From positions 1 through 55,118 of the forward strand of contig CAXHAT010000023.1 in assembly GCA_964014485.1 (NCBI GenBank): a stretch of 55,118 nucleotides of DNA, read 5' to 3'. Position numbers and translations under genes: made by a program. This document shows, one piece after another, positions 45,926 to 55,118 of the stretch (its first letter is position 1; every line of letters starts with the position of its first letter). Origin of the DNA: an uncultured Deferribacteres bacterium. GTDB lineage: Bacteria > Zhuqueibacterota > Zhuqueibacteria > Zhuqueibacterales > Geothermadaptataceae. Under the pieces are notes generated by a model that did not search any database, was not told the DNA's origin, and was given only the letters and a program-made list of their open reading frames with translations.

Positions 45926-48715
45926 TTATGGCGCCAATCTTTCCTTAACCTTTTGCAAGAGTCGCATTTCCGCATCAGCTTCCTTAAGAATCGCCAGGCA
46001 TTTTTGGAATTCCGCTTTTGCTCGAGCGCGATCATTTTTATTTTCAAAGATTTGGCCGCGAAGGAAATAGGCTTTTGCAGAAGCAGCATTAATCTCAAGG
46101 ATTTTGCCCGAGGCTTTCAGCGCCTGCGCAAAATCGCCTTTGAGAAACCATGCTTCGGCTATGCAAAATTCGAAAAGATCACGCTCCCAGACCCCCAATT
46201 CTAACGCCGCAATGTATTCTGCAATCGCCGCATCAAAATTCTTTGTTTTTTCAAAATACTTTCCCTTTAAAAGATAATAATACTCTTTCTCAAAGTTTAC
46301 CGCAGCATCGCTAAAATGCTCTTCCATTTCATCAAGAAGCGCCAGCGCGGCTCCAGGCTCGCCCTGCTCCAGTCGCGCCAACCCGATAGCGCATTTCATT
46401 CGTATGTTTTCGGAGGACGAGCCGATGAATGGAGTCAATTCTTCCAATGCTTTATCGATTTTATCATTTTCAAAATACAAACGCGACAAAGCCAGGGCGC
46501 CTTCTCTTTTCTTGCCATTCCCTGAAGCCATCGTTTTATATTTTTGGAACAAACCTTTTGCTTCTTTCTGCTTACCTCTTCTCAAGGCCAATCGTCCCTT
46601 AAGCAGCGTGATGGACTCAGATTTCTCAACCAGAGGCGCCGCCTTTGCAAAAGCTGAATCGGCCTCTTCATAACGCCCCGTGAGCATATACAGCCCGCCC
46701 AATCGACTATGCCCTTCTGCGGATTTCCATCCGTATTCGACAGCTTGTTTGTACGCCGTTTCCGCTTCATCAACTTGGCCCGACAAAACGAACGCATTGC
46801 CAAGATACCGGTAAAATTTCGCCTGCGATGAGTCGAGCTTTATCGCATGTTTGTAAGAATTAACGCCTCCTTCCAATTGACGTTCAATCGACGTAAGATG
46901 CCATCCCTTTTGAAACCACCACTCAGGATTATTTGGATCGAGCAAAATCAACTCTTCCAAGTTTTCAAAAACCACATCATAAAGCTTCTGAATCTTCGCT
47001 TGTTCCATTTCAAATTCAAACTTGGCGATTGGCGAGCCTTTGGGCAATCGTCTGAGCGCTTCGGCAGCATCTTTTAAAGCCCGCTCCTCATCTCCCAATA
47101 CGTTGTAAGTCTTCGCCCTTTCCAGGTAAGCTCGGGCGAACATAGGATCTAGATTTATCGCCTGATTCAGCGAATCAACCGCGTTCCCATACTCTCTCAT
47201 TTCCCTTTCGCGTTGAGCGCCGAGGTAATATAAATACGCCCGAAACGAAGAGGTCCTAACGCGCTCCCCCGAAACTTCATAACCAAGCGCTTTTGCTTCG
47301 AGCTCAAACCGGACCCTGGTGACAAAATCATCAACCATCTCATTCAAGTCAGAATCACCTAAAAAATCGAGAGCTTCAGTCAGTTTTTTTTCTCCGTTTT
47401 TAAGGTCATAAACGGTCACGGACAACCGCAAGTGATTGTCATTAATTCGAATAAACGAAGAGTGAATCGCAACCTCGATTTTCGTTTTTTCAAAAAGTTC
47501 TTTAGCCGTTTCCGAAGACATCTCGAGAAAGTTGGGCGCTTCGGCTTCATTAAACGGTGTGAGAAACTTCTCGGAAGGGATCAGATCGATGTATTTTGAT
47601 CGACTCAGACTGGCCTTGATCAACTCGGCAATAATAATTGATTTTTTTATATCTTCAGCATCAGTGCCGCCGTTAAGAATCGGCAGTACAGTGACGTTAA
47701 TTGTCGCCGACTGCCGGGGAGGGGTATCTCCAGATTCTTGGACAAAATAATAAGTAAACGACGTAGCCACTACTGCAAGCATCGCCAGCATTTTCTTGAG
47801 TATAGAAAAGCGTTTATTTTTTTTCGTCCTCTGAACTTCGTTTCTCCCATCATTCTTCTCCAAAAAACGCTGGCTGGCCGTTTCCAGCGTGACGTCATCA
47901 AGCGCATTTGATAAAGCATCTCCGTTTTGATATCGTCGTTCCGGCTCCTTCTCCAGCAACTTCATGATAATTGCACTCACGGAAGAAGAAATTTCGGGAT
48001 TAATTGTTTCCGGCGGAGCGGGGTCTTCATTGCCGATCGCATAGATGATAATTTCGTTAAACTCGCCGCGAAACGGCAATTGCCCCGTCAAAGCTTCGTA
48101 AAGCACAACCCCAAGCGCCCACAAATCAGACCGGGCGTCGGCGTCAAAACCGGCGACCTGCTCCGGCGCCATGTAGGCCGTTGTTCCGAGCGTATCTTGA
48201 TGGCGAGTCAGGCGCGTCTGAGAAGTAAAACGAGCGAGTCCAAAATCGGCGAGCTTAATCGTGCCGTCTTCGGCGAAAAGAAGGTTGGCGGGCTTTATGT
48301 CGCGGTGAATAATATCTTTCTTGTGCGCCATTGCCAAGCCTTTGGCAAGCCCTGCGGCCTGGTTGACCATATGATCTAATTCAATGTCGTCCGCTTCAAT
48401 CCGATCCTTCAACGAACCATTCTCGTAGCAGGCCATTGCGATAAAAAGACGGCCGTCGGGCGCTTGGTCAATTTCGTGAATCGTATAAATATTGGGGTGA
48501 TCCAAAGCCGAGGCTGTTTTGGCTTCCTGGATAAAGCGGAGTTTGACTTCTTCCTCAGCGGCAAGATAATGCGGCAAGAATTTCAGTGCGACAAGACGGC
48601 CAAGCGTTGTATCTTCGGCTTTATAAACCTCACCCATCCCCCCTCGCCCCAACTCTTCGATGATTCGGTACTTCGAAATCCGCTTGCCAATCATGCCGTT
48701 GGTAACTGAAAACAA
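45926..48715 (-). CDS. Transmembrane Hanks-type Ser/Thr kinase with C-terminal TPR region
   Basis: GRGGMGEVY, VALK, HRDIKPAN, DFG, YMAPE; single TM; multiple TPRs. Confidence 0.93.
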   Translation of the reverse strand: MFSVTNGMIGKRISKYRIIEELGRGGMGEVYKAEDTTLGRLVALKFLPHYLAAEEEVKLRFIQEAKTASALDHPNIYTIHEIDQAPDGRLFIAMACYENGSLKDRIEADDIELDHMVNQAAGLAKGLAMAHKKDIIHRDIKPANLLFAEDGTIKLADFGLARFTSQTRLTRHQDTLGTTAYMAPEQVAGFDADARSDLWALGVVLYEALTGQLPFRGEFNEIIIYAIGNEDPAPPETINPEISSSVSAIIMKLLEKEPERRYQNGDALSNALDDVTLETASQRFLEKNDGRNEVQRTKKNKRFSILKKMLAMLAVVATSFTYYFVQESGDTPPRQSATINVTVLPILNGGTDAEDIKKSIIIAELIKASLSRSKYIDLIPSEKFLTPFNEAEAPNFLEMSSETAKELFEKTKIEVAIHSSFIRINDNHLRLSVTVYDLKNGEKKLTEALDFLGDSDLNEMVDDFVTRVRFELEAKALGYEVSGERVRTSSFRAYLYYLGAQREREMREYGNAVDSLNQAINLDPMFARAYLERAKTYNVLGDEERALKDAAEALRRLPKGSPIAKFEFEMEQAKIQKLYDVVFENLEELILLDPNNPEWWFQKGWHLTSIERQLEGGVNSYKHAIKLDSSQAKFYRYLGNAFVLSGQVDEAETAYKQAVEYGWKSAEGHSRLGGLYMLTGRYEEADSAFAKAAPLVEKSESITLLKGRLALRRGKQKEAKGLFQKYKTMASGNGKKREGALALSRLYFENDKIDKALEELTPFIGSSSENIRMKCAIGLARLEQGEPGAALALLDEMEEHFSDAAVNFEKEYYYLLKGKYFEKTKNFDAAIAEYIAALELGVWERDLFEFCIAEAWFLKGDFAQALKASGKILEINAASAKAYFLRGQIFENKNDRARAKAEFQKCLAILKEADAEMRLLQKVKERLAP

Positions 48716-48934
48716 TCTAGCTGTGGAACAGGTCCGAATGTCAATCGCAAAGAGAGTCCTTCCTGGCCGCAGCCAATTGCTGCGTCAAGCTTGCAAGCGT
48801 TTCCCCTGAGTCGCGTTTTACAAGCAATCTCTCAAGAAAATCTATCGCGTCATGCGACGGGCGAGAGTAAATGTAATCAAATGGATTCCAGTTAACGAAA
48901 ACTGTTGTACGAAATTCGCAAAAAATTTCGAGTT

Positions 48935-50683
48935 TTAGATGCGCGCCTGGTAAGTGTAAAGCGCAAAGTAGCGCCCTTCCTTCGCGATCAACTCGTCATG
49001 CTTGCCGCGTTCGACGATCTTGCCGTCTTCGATCACTAAAATCTGGTCGGCTTTGCGGATCGTGCTCAATCTATGCGCGATGACAAAAGTTGTACGGCCT
49101 TGCATCAATTTTCCGAGGCTTTCCTGAATCAAAGCCTCGCTTTCCGTATCCAAATTGGAAGTCGCCTCGTCGAGAATCAAAATGTTCGGATCAGCCAGAA
49201 TGGCGCGCGCAATGGCAACGCGCTGGCGCTGTCCGCCGGAAAGCTTCACGCCGCGTTCGCCGATCAGCGTATTCAAGCCGTCTTCAAAACGATCAGTAAA
49301 TTCGTTGACATGCGCCGCCTTAACCGCTTCGTCGACTTCCGCTTCGCTTGCGTCAGGGCGGGGAAAAAGAATATTTTCGCGAATCGTTCCTTCAAACAAG
49401 AAATCGTCCTGCAAAACAACGCCGAGGCGGCTGCGAAAACTATCTAGTTTTACATGAGACAAGTCCAAGCCGTCAATCGTTACCGTGCCGGACTTTGGTT
49501 TGAGAAAAGAAGCCGCCAACCCGGCAATCGTCGTTTTGCCCGAGCCGGAACTGCCAACCAGCGCCGTCACCGAACCGCTCGGCGCCTCGAAGCTTATACC
49601 GTTGATTACGTCCTTACCCTCTTCATAGGCGAAAGAAACATTTTTGAATGAAATGTCGCCCTTGATTTCCGGCAGCGATTGCTCGCGTCCCGGCTCCAAA
49701 CCTTCGCGCTCCAGATTCAAGACTTCTTCCATCCTGTCAAGCCCGGCAAACGCTTCGGTGATTTGGCTGCCGATATTGCTCATTTGCACAATCGGCGCGA
49801 CCATGAATCCAAGGTAAAGCGTAAACGCAAAAAAATCGCCGATGGTCATTTGGTTGTCCAAAATCAGCGAACCGCCCGCACCCATGATGATGACCCCGGC
49901 GATTCCCATCAGCAACGTCGCGGCGCTGGTGATCAGGCTCGTTGAAGTCAGAGATTTTTTCACGTTCTCAAACAGCCGCTCAACGCCTTTCTCAAAAACT
50001 TTGACTTCTTGCTTCTCCGCATTAAAGCCCTTGATCACACGAATGCCGTTCAACGATTCGTTCAACCGCCCCGTCACTTCGGCGTTGATTTGTCCGCGTT
50101 TGCGAAAAATTGGCCGGATATAGCCAAAAGCTTTCATTGAAACAAAGCCAAACAAAATCATGGGCAGCAAAACATAAATCGTCATCCAGAAATTGATATT
50201 GATCATGATGATCAGGGAAGCGATGGAAGTCAAAACGCCGCCGAACATTTGCACCAGCCCGGTGCCGACGAGATTGCGCACGCCCTCAACGTCGGTCATA
50301 ATTCGCGAGACCAATTCGCCGGATTTTGTGTTGTCGAAATAGCTGATTGGCAGGTTGATGATTTGACGCTGCACTTTGGCGCGCAATAGCGAGATGAGAT
50401 GCTGTCCTTCAACACTCAAGAGTCGCGTCAGCGAAAAGGAAGTGATGGATTGCACCAAAACCGCCGCCGCAACCGCGAACAAAATGGGATAAAACAACGC
50501 CGTGTTGGCGTTTTGGATGACTTCGTCGATCAAGTACTTGCTCGCCCCGGGCAGCACCAGTCCCGCGACGCGGTTAAAAATGATTAGCACCAAGCCGAAA
50601 ATAATCAGCTTCTTGCGCGGCCAAATGATTTCCTTGAAGGCGTAACGAACAGTGGCCAAAGACGCTTTTTTCTTATTTTGCAT
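48935..50683 (-). CDS. ABC exporter, fused permease/ATPase (MsbA/Sav1866-like)
   Basis: TM domain; GSSGSGKTT, LSGGQRQR, LILDEATS, IAHRLST. Confidence 0.95.
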   Translation of the reverse strand: MQNKKKASLATVRYAFKEIIWPRKKLIIFGLVLIIFNRVAGLVLPGASKYLIDEVIQNANTALFYPILFAVAAAVLVQSITSFSLTRLLSVEGQHLISLLRAKVQRQIINLPISYFDNTKSGELVSRIMTDVEGVRNLVGTGLVQMFGGVLTSIASLIIMININFWMTIYVLLPMILFGFVSMKAFGYIRPIFRKRGQINAEVTGRLNESLNGIRVIKGFNAEKQEVKVFEKGVERLFENVKKSLTSTSLITSAATLLMGIAGVIIMGAGGSLILDNQMTIGDFFAFTLYLGFMVAPIVQMSNIGSQITEAFAGLDRMEEVLNLEREGLEPGREQSLPEIKGDISFKNVSFAYEEGKDVINGISFEAPSGSVTALVGSSGSGKTTIAGLAASFLKPKSGTVTIDGLDLSHVKLDSFRSRLGVVLQDDFLFEGTIRENILFPRPDASEAEVDEAVKAAHVNEFTDRFEDGLNTLIGERGVKLSGGQRQRVAIARAILADPNILILDEATSNLDTESEALIQESLGKLMQGRTTFVIAHRLSTIRKADQILVIEDGKIVERGKHDELIAKEGRYFALYTYQARI

Positions 50684-50860
50684 TTCTCAAAAAGTCAAAT
50701 TTTCGTTTCAAAAAGAATGATTTGAGCAAAAATTACGGCGAGCAATAAGAAGAAAATCAAGAATGGAATCAATCAAAAAAAGCACGGGACGGCGCCAAAC
50801 TTTTAGCTTGGGCTACACACAAATTCGAATCGGGTTCCGCTTCAAAGTTTGTTTGCCGTT

Positions 50861-51886
50861 TTAGTCGTTCTTTCCGCGAATCCGCATAATCTCTTTGTCG
50901 AAATCCGAGATGTAATCCTTGTCCTGCCTGACGCGATAACGCTCAAACTCCTTCTCCGCTTTCAGCTTCGCTTGCAAAGCGCTTATCTTCCCCTTGTTTT
51001 CCAGGATCGGGTAGTTGGACAATTCCAAGAAATTGTCGATGAATCGAGCCCAATCTTCCATTTTCATAAGGATTTGGCGCTGCGCCCGGTTTTCGGCCAA
51101 ATCAAGATAGGCGGAGATGATCTGATTCAATTCCTGAATATGCGCTTTGTTCAGGTAGTTTTTGGCAACGGCAACGTCGGATTTCAGGATTTTGCCGTCG
51201 GGCGCGCGTTTCCAGTTGGTCAAGCCCATGTACGTTTTTGCCGCGTCCGCCGAAGTGTAAACAATTTCCGCGGCGGTTTTTCCGGTAATCGCCCAGTGCA
51301 GCTTGTTTTGCACGGTCGCAAAAAATTCTTTGGTAGCAGGCGCGTTTTTATCGTAATCCGCGGAGAGCGCGTAAATATCGGTGATCTTCTGGTAAAAGCG
51401 GCGCTCGCTGGCGCGAATTTCGCGTATGCGTTCCAACAATTCATCGAAATAATCCTTGCCAAAAAGCCGCTTGCTCTGCTTGAGTCGTTCATCGTCCAGC
51501 GCAAAGCCTTTGATGATGTATTCTTTTAAGGTTTTCGTCGCCCAGATGCGGAATTGTGTCGCCTGATAAGAATTGACGCGATAACCGACGGAAATGATAG
51601 CGTCGAGATTATAGAAGTCAAGTTCTCTCTTAACCAGGCGTTTGCCTTCGGTTTGAACTGCTCGAATTTTTCGAGTAGTTGCCTTTTCGATGAGTTCGCC
51701 CGATTTGAATATCTCTTTCAAGTGATACGTAATTGTGTGGCTTTCTACTCCAAAAAGCCTGCCCATTGCTTTTTGCGTCAACCAAACCGTTTCGTCCTGC
51801 AGAAAGACTTCAATGTTGACATTGCCGTCACTGCCGGTGTAGAGCAGGAAATTGGATGAATTTTCGGGATTTTCTGTTTTATCCAT
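50861..51886 (-). CDS. RhuM family (virulence-associated/DNA-binding) protein
   Basis: VWLTQKAM, YNLDAIISVGYRVNS, QFRIWAT, IRASERRFYQK. Confidence 0.92.
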   Translation of the reverse strand: MDKTENPENSSNFLLYTGSDGNVNIEVFLQDETVWLTQKAMGRLFGVESHTITYHLKEIFKSGELIEKATTRKIRAVQTEGKRLVKRELDFYNLDAIISVGYRVNSYQATQFRIWATKTLKEYIIKGFALDDERLKQSKRLFGKDYFDELLERIREIRASERRFYQKITDIYALSADYDKNAPATKEFFATVQNKLHWAITGKTAAEIVYTSADAAKTYMGLTNWKRAPDGKILKSDVAVAKNYLNKAHIQELNQIISAYLDLAENRAQRQILMKMEDWARFIDNFLELSNYPILENKGKISALQAKLKAEKEFERYRVRQDKDYISDFDKEIMRIRGKND

Positions 51887-51935
51887 AAAATTTCGCCAAA
51901 TAGATGTTCACGATTCGCTGTGTGGATAGTGATAA

Positions 51936-52217
51936 CTGATGTTACGCGCCAGCTTCATAATACAGCAACTGTTTATCAGCGCCATTCCGCGGAGGCGCAC
52001 AATCGTCAATCTAATTTCAAGAAGCCCAAGATTCTCGATGCCAATCTCTGGATTGGCATCGCAATTGCCATCGAAACTCCAGTTTCGAGTAAATTCTTTG
52101 GCTCGAAACCGGAGCTTCGAACCCATCTCCATTCCCAAACCGGAGTTTGGGAACGAGCCGCAATGAGGCACTGTTTTCGGTTTGGCTTCAGAAATGCTTT
52201 GCTGCGTGTAACATCAG
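51936..52217. mobile_element. MITE copy D (CTGATGTTACGC family), 282 bp
   Basis: Ends ctgatgttacgc / gtgtaacatcag; 7-bp target duplication GTGATAA at 51929-51935 and 52218-52224; paralogue of 28805-29085. Confidence 0.9.
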
Positions 52218-52276
52218 GTGATAAAATAAAAGCCGTCCGACTGTGGTTTCACGATAGCAGCTAGGCGCAAACGAGC

Positions 52277-53526
52277 TTAACCAACGATGGTTTCAAGAGC
52301 GGCGACGGCTTTTTCGACCTCGGCCATCGTGTTGTAGATGTGAGGGCATAATCGCACGCCGCCGGTGAGCGCTCCGGCAATGCCGTACGATTCGTACAGT
52401 TTTTCATAAATTTTGGCGTTGTTTTTATTTTCAAATGCAAACACGCAAACGCCGCCGCTGAGTTCAGGTACTAGCGACGTCTTGAGCTTTGCGCCCGGAA
52501 TTTCGCTCACACCTTGCTTCAAAGCTGGAGCCAGCGCCAGCACGCGCTTCTCAACGCGTTCACGTCCGATCAAATTTAAAAAATCGGCGGCGGTCGCCAT
52601 CGACGAGAGCGCGGCGTCGTCTCGTTGACCGAGGGTCTCAAACTTGCGCGCGCCTCTTGCGTCCGTTTCCACATTTGCGCCCCAACCCACGCCGACATCA
52701 CTCGCCCAAATCTCATTTATCCGTTCTTTCCGTACATAAAGAGTCCCGGTTTCCTTCGGGCCCATGAACCATTTGTGACTGCTGGCGGCGTAAGAATCAC
52801 AGCCGGTTTCATGCAGGTTGACCGCAAACGCACCAAACATCCGAGCGCCGTCAATATGCGTATAAACGCCTTTGGCGCTGGCCGTCTCACAGATTTCCTT
52901 GCTGGGAAGCCGAACGCCGGTGGTGTTGGACAGTTCTGAAAAGGCGAGAACTTTCGTCTTGCTTGTGATCGTTTTCTGAATGGTCGAGAGTATTTCCTCA
53001 ACACTCCCCGGCGGGCTGGTTAAACCAAACCGTTTCACCGTAAAGCCCTGCCGGGCGGCGCTCACGTCCCACGACACATTGTTTGTTGGGTGGTTCTGAT
53101 CGAAGATGAGCGCTTCATCGCCGTCTTTGAGCTTCGGGCCGCTGGCAATGATGTTGTTCGCCTCGCCCGTGTTTCTGACCAGCGCGATTTCATCCGACGA
53201 AGCCCCGACATAATCGGCAATTTTCTCACGCGAGACTTCGCGCAGCTTGCGAAATTTTGCATGGCTCTGAAATGAAACGTCGCCGTCCAGATCATCAGTC
53301 AAGCGCGTGATCGACTCTCTCACCATGTGCGTTGCGGGTGAATCACAAACTGTTCCTTAACCAATCGCCAGAATGCTTCACCGCCTTCTTCAGTCGGAAG
53401 CAGCGTTGGCATAGACTTTTTGAGTGAACCGACCGAATTCAAACCCAAGGCGGGCGAAGCGGAAAGCGCGATGGAAGCGCCGGCGAAACGCTTCAGAAAT
53501 TGTCTGCGATTGTTACTTGCGTTCAT
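52277..53526 (-). pseudogene. Tat-exported class V aminotransferase (isopenicillin N epimerase-like), frameshifted near 53335
   Basis: Upstream ORF with NRRQFLK Tat signal and FWRLVKEQF stops at 53320; the body (RNTGEA, HIDGA, SSHKW) continues in another frame. Confidence 0.7.
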
Positions 53527-53608
53527 AGCATTCTCACCTTCTTTTATTCATGATTGGATGCTGTAAGTCTTTTCCATGAGCGCAGATCGAGTTCGCCCCG
53601 ACCTGCGG

Positions 53609-55118
53609 CTACCGCCCGATGAGCACGAACGCACTCCATTTTGACGGGAACGCGGTTGCCGGCTTTTTGATCATTTTGAGCTTGGCTTGGCGCAGCGCTT
53701 CGGCGTATGAATCGCCGGAAAGGGCGTTTTTGTAGAAGTCGACCATCAGCGTCTTGGTATGACGGTCGTAAACTTTCCAGAGCGAAACGAGCACGTTTGA
53801 CGCCCCTGCGTAAAGAAAGCCGCGCGTTAACGCCATCAAGCCTTCGCCCTTCACATATTGTCCCAGCCCGCTTTCGCAACTGCTCAAAACAACGAGATCA
53901 GCGTCCAAATCGAGATTGAACGTTTCACTGGCGTAAAGCACGCCGTCCTCACCGCCGTCATTCCCTTCGGGGGCGAACAACAAGCCGGAAAGTTTGGGGT
54001 TTTCTTCATTCAAAATACCGTGCGTGGCGATGTGAACGAATCGTCGTTGCGCCAAAGAAGATTTGAAATTGCTCTCCGTCGCTTTGCCGTGATAAAACGC
54101 CATTCCTTGTCGCCGCTTTTTCTCAAAAAGCTGCATCGCGCCGCGCACTTCCTTTTCCGAATGTTCTAAGGCTTGAAATCGTTTGCCGTCAACGATGATC
54201 GAGCGCAAGGCGGGGGAGTCGTCAGTCAGCAAAACCGACGTTGTCGCCGTTTCTTCGATGGCTCCAACCTGCGCCGTATCGCTGAAAACCGGTGCGAATC
54301 CGACAAACGAGGGCGCCGCATTATCAGCAATTGCTTTTTGGCGCGAAGCATTGATTTTTTCACTGAAGAACAGATTTGCGGAGTAGTGATAGACGATGCT
54401 GTGCGACCGAATCAGCCACGGCAGTTTAGTGAAATCGGGACGCGCATCATCGGCGGATTCTGAAGGACGAAAGAGCGCTTCAAAAGGTAAGTAATAAAGC
54501 ACGCCGTCGGGAATGATGACAAGTCGCGAGTATTTGTCCAATTCGGACTGAATCGGCGAGATCAAGGTGTCATAGAGCTTTCGATTTGCATTGAGAAAAC
54601 CAGGCGTGTCGAGCTTTTTGATCGCCGCGAGAAACGCCTTAATGTTTTTTTGAAGCGACTCACCGACTGGAACGGTTCTTAATTGAAAATCACTTTGCGA
54701 CAGCAGAAAAATCGTCAAAGACTTCTCGCTGAAAAAATACTCGATCAGCAGTTGATCCGGCGCAAGATATTGCTGCATGGTCTCCAAATCAATCGCAGAA
54801 TCTTGAAATTTGAGCGCGTGATACTTGGGGAATTCCGCTTCAAATCGATCTTGCAGCGCCTGGTATTTTCGCTTGAGATCAAAGAGTTTTTTCTCAAGGT
54901 TTGCGGTTTTCAAAGAATCAGCATTGGCGCCGCGTGCGCGCTCTTTTTGCAGCTCCGTGTCTTGAAAAATTAACCCGCCGCGCAACAGGTTTTCCTGGCG
55001 CAACAAACTGTCCGGAATGCCGGAAAATCGCCGCGCATTCGATTCCAGAAGCGCGTCTTGCAAAACGCCCGCCTTGCTTTTTTCGGCGAAGAACCAGGCT
55101 TTTTTATAAAATCCGCCG
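53609..55118 (-). CDS. CHAT-domain protein (5' end outside the window)
   Basis: IIPDGVLYYLPFEAL, VHIATHG, VVLSSCESG, VSLWKV, WSAFVLIG. Confidence 0.92.
   Translation of the reverse strand, partial: GGFYKKAWFFAEKSKAGVLQDALLESNARRFSGIPDSLLRQENLLRGGLIFQDTELQKERARGANADSLKTANLEKKLFDLKRKYQALQDRFEAEFPKYHALKFQDSAIDLETMQQYLAPDQLLIEYFFSEKSLTIFLLSQSDFQLRTVPVGESLQKNIKAFLAAIKKLDTPGFLNANRKLYDTLISPIQSELDKYSRLVIIPDGVLYYLPFEALFRPSESADDARPDFTKLPWLIRSHSIVYHYSANLFFSEKINASRQKAIADNAAPSFVGFAPVFSDTAQVGAIEETATTSVLLTDDSPALRSIIVDGKRFQALEHSEKEVRGAMQLFEKKRRQGMAFYHGKATESNFKSSLAQRRFVHIATHGILNEENPKLSGLLFAPEGNDGGEDGVLYASETFNLDLDADLVVLSSCESGLGQYVKGEGLMALTRGFLYAGASNVLVSLWKVYDRHTKTLMVDFYKNALSGDSYAEALRQAKLKMIKKPATAFPSKWSAFVLIGR

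Noticed and set aside
45778..46098. 179-aa version of the small ORF
   Set aside because: It overlaps the kinase 3' end out of frame; the RBS supports the 72-aa form.
53320..53322. TGA ending the Tat-signal ORF as a second selenocysteine codon
   Set aside because: The downstream coding sequence is in a different frame, and there is no redox motif.

Overview
A 55 kb bacterial contig, probably metagenomic: bases 1-55 are an untrimmed Illumina Nextera adapter. Gene content, including a secreted protein with a NYPNPFNP/FlgD-like C-terminal domain, suggests an FCB-associated lineage such as KSB1 or Calditrichota; this is an inference. Housekeeping content includes pdxH (partial), a zinc-ribbon protein, RNase P RNA, recJ, an acyl-CoA carboxylase with split AtuA-like genes, a GlmU-like protein, an SbcD-like/YhaN-like nuclease-ATPase pair, mscS, a hybrid sensor kinase with an NtrC-like regulator, a 6S RNA, a DmpA peptidase, higBA, nfeD/SPFH, an ABC exporter, RhuM and a CHAT protein. 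The most notable signals are mostly missed by the ORF track. (1) An exported thioredoxin-fold lipoprotein has an in-frame UGA in a DsbA-like U-P-H-C motif followed by a SECIS-like hairpin (19950-20336). (2) Four non-autonomous elements share CTGATGTTACG termini and 7-bp target duplications but carry three different REP-palindrome cargoes; a fifth, related element has a 5-bp duplication. (3) A candidate signalling circuit links a Ser/Thr kinase-TPR receptor, a small ORF and a GAF-sigma54 activator to three palindromic enhancer sites, a -24/-12 promoter, an uncharacterised protein and a Dyp peroxidase. (4) A di-heme/Rieske/beta-barrel operon has a DtxR-type operator. (5) A lone integron-cassette-like gene has a HEPN motif. 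(6) There are two candidate unannotated structured RNAs. No tRNA, rRNA, CRISPR array or transposase was seen.
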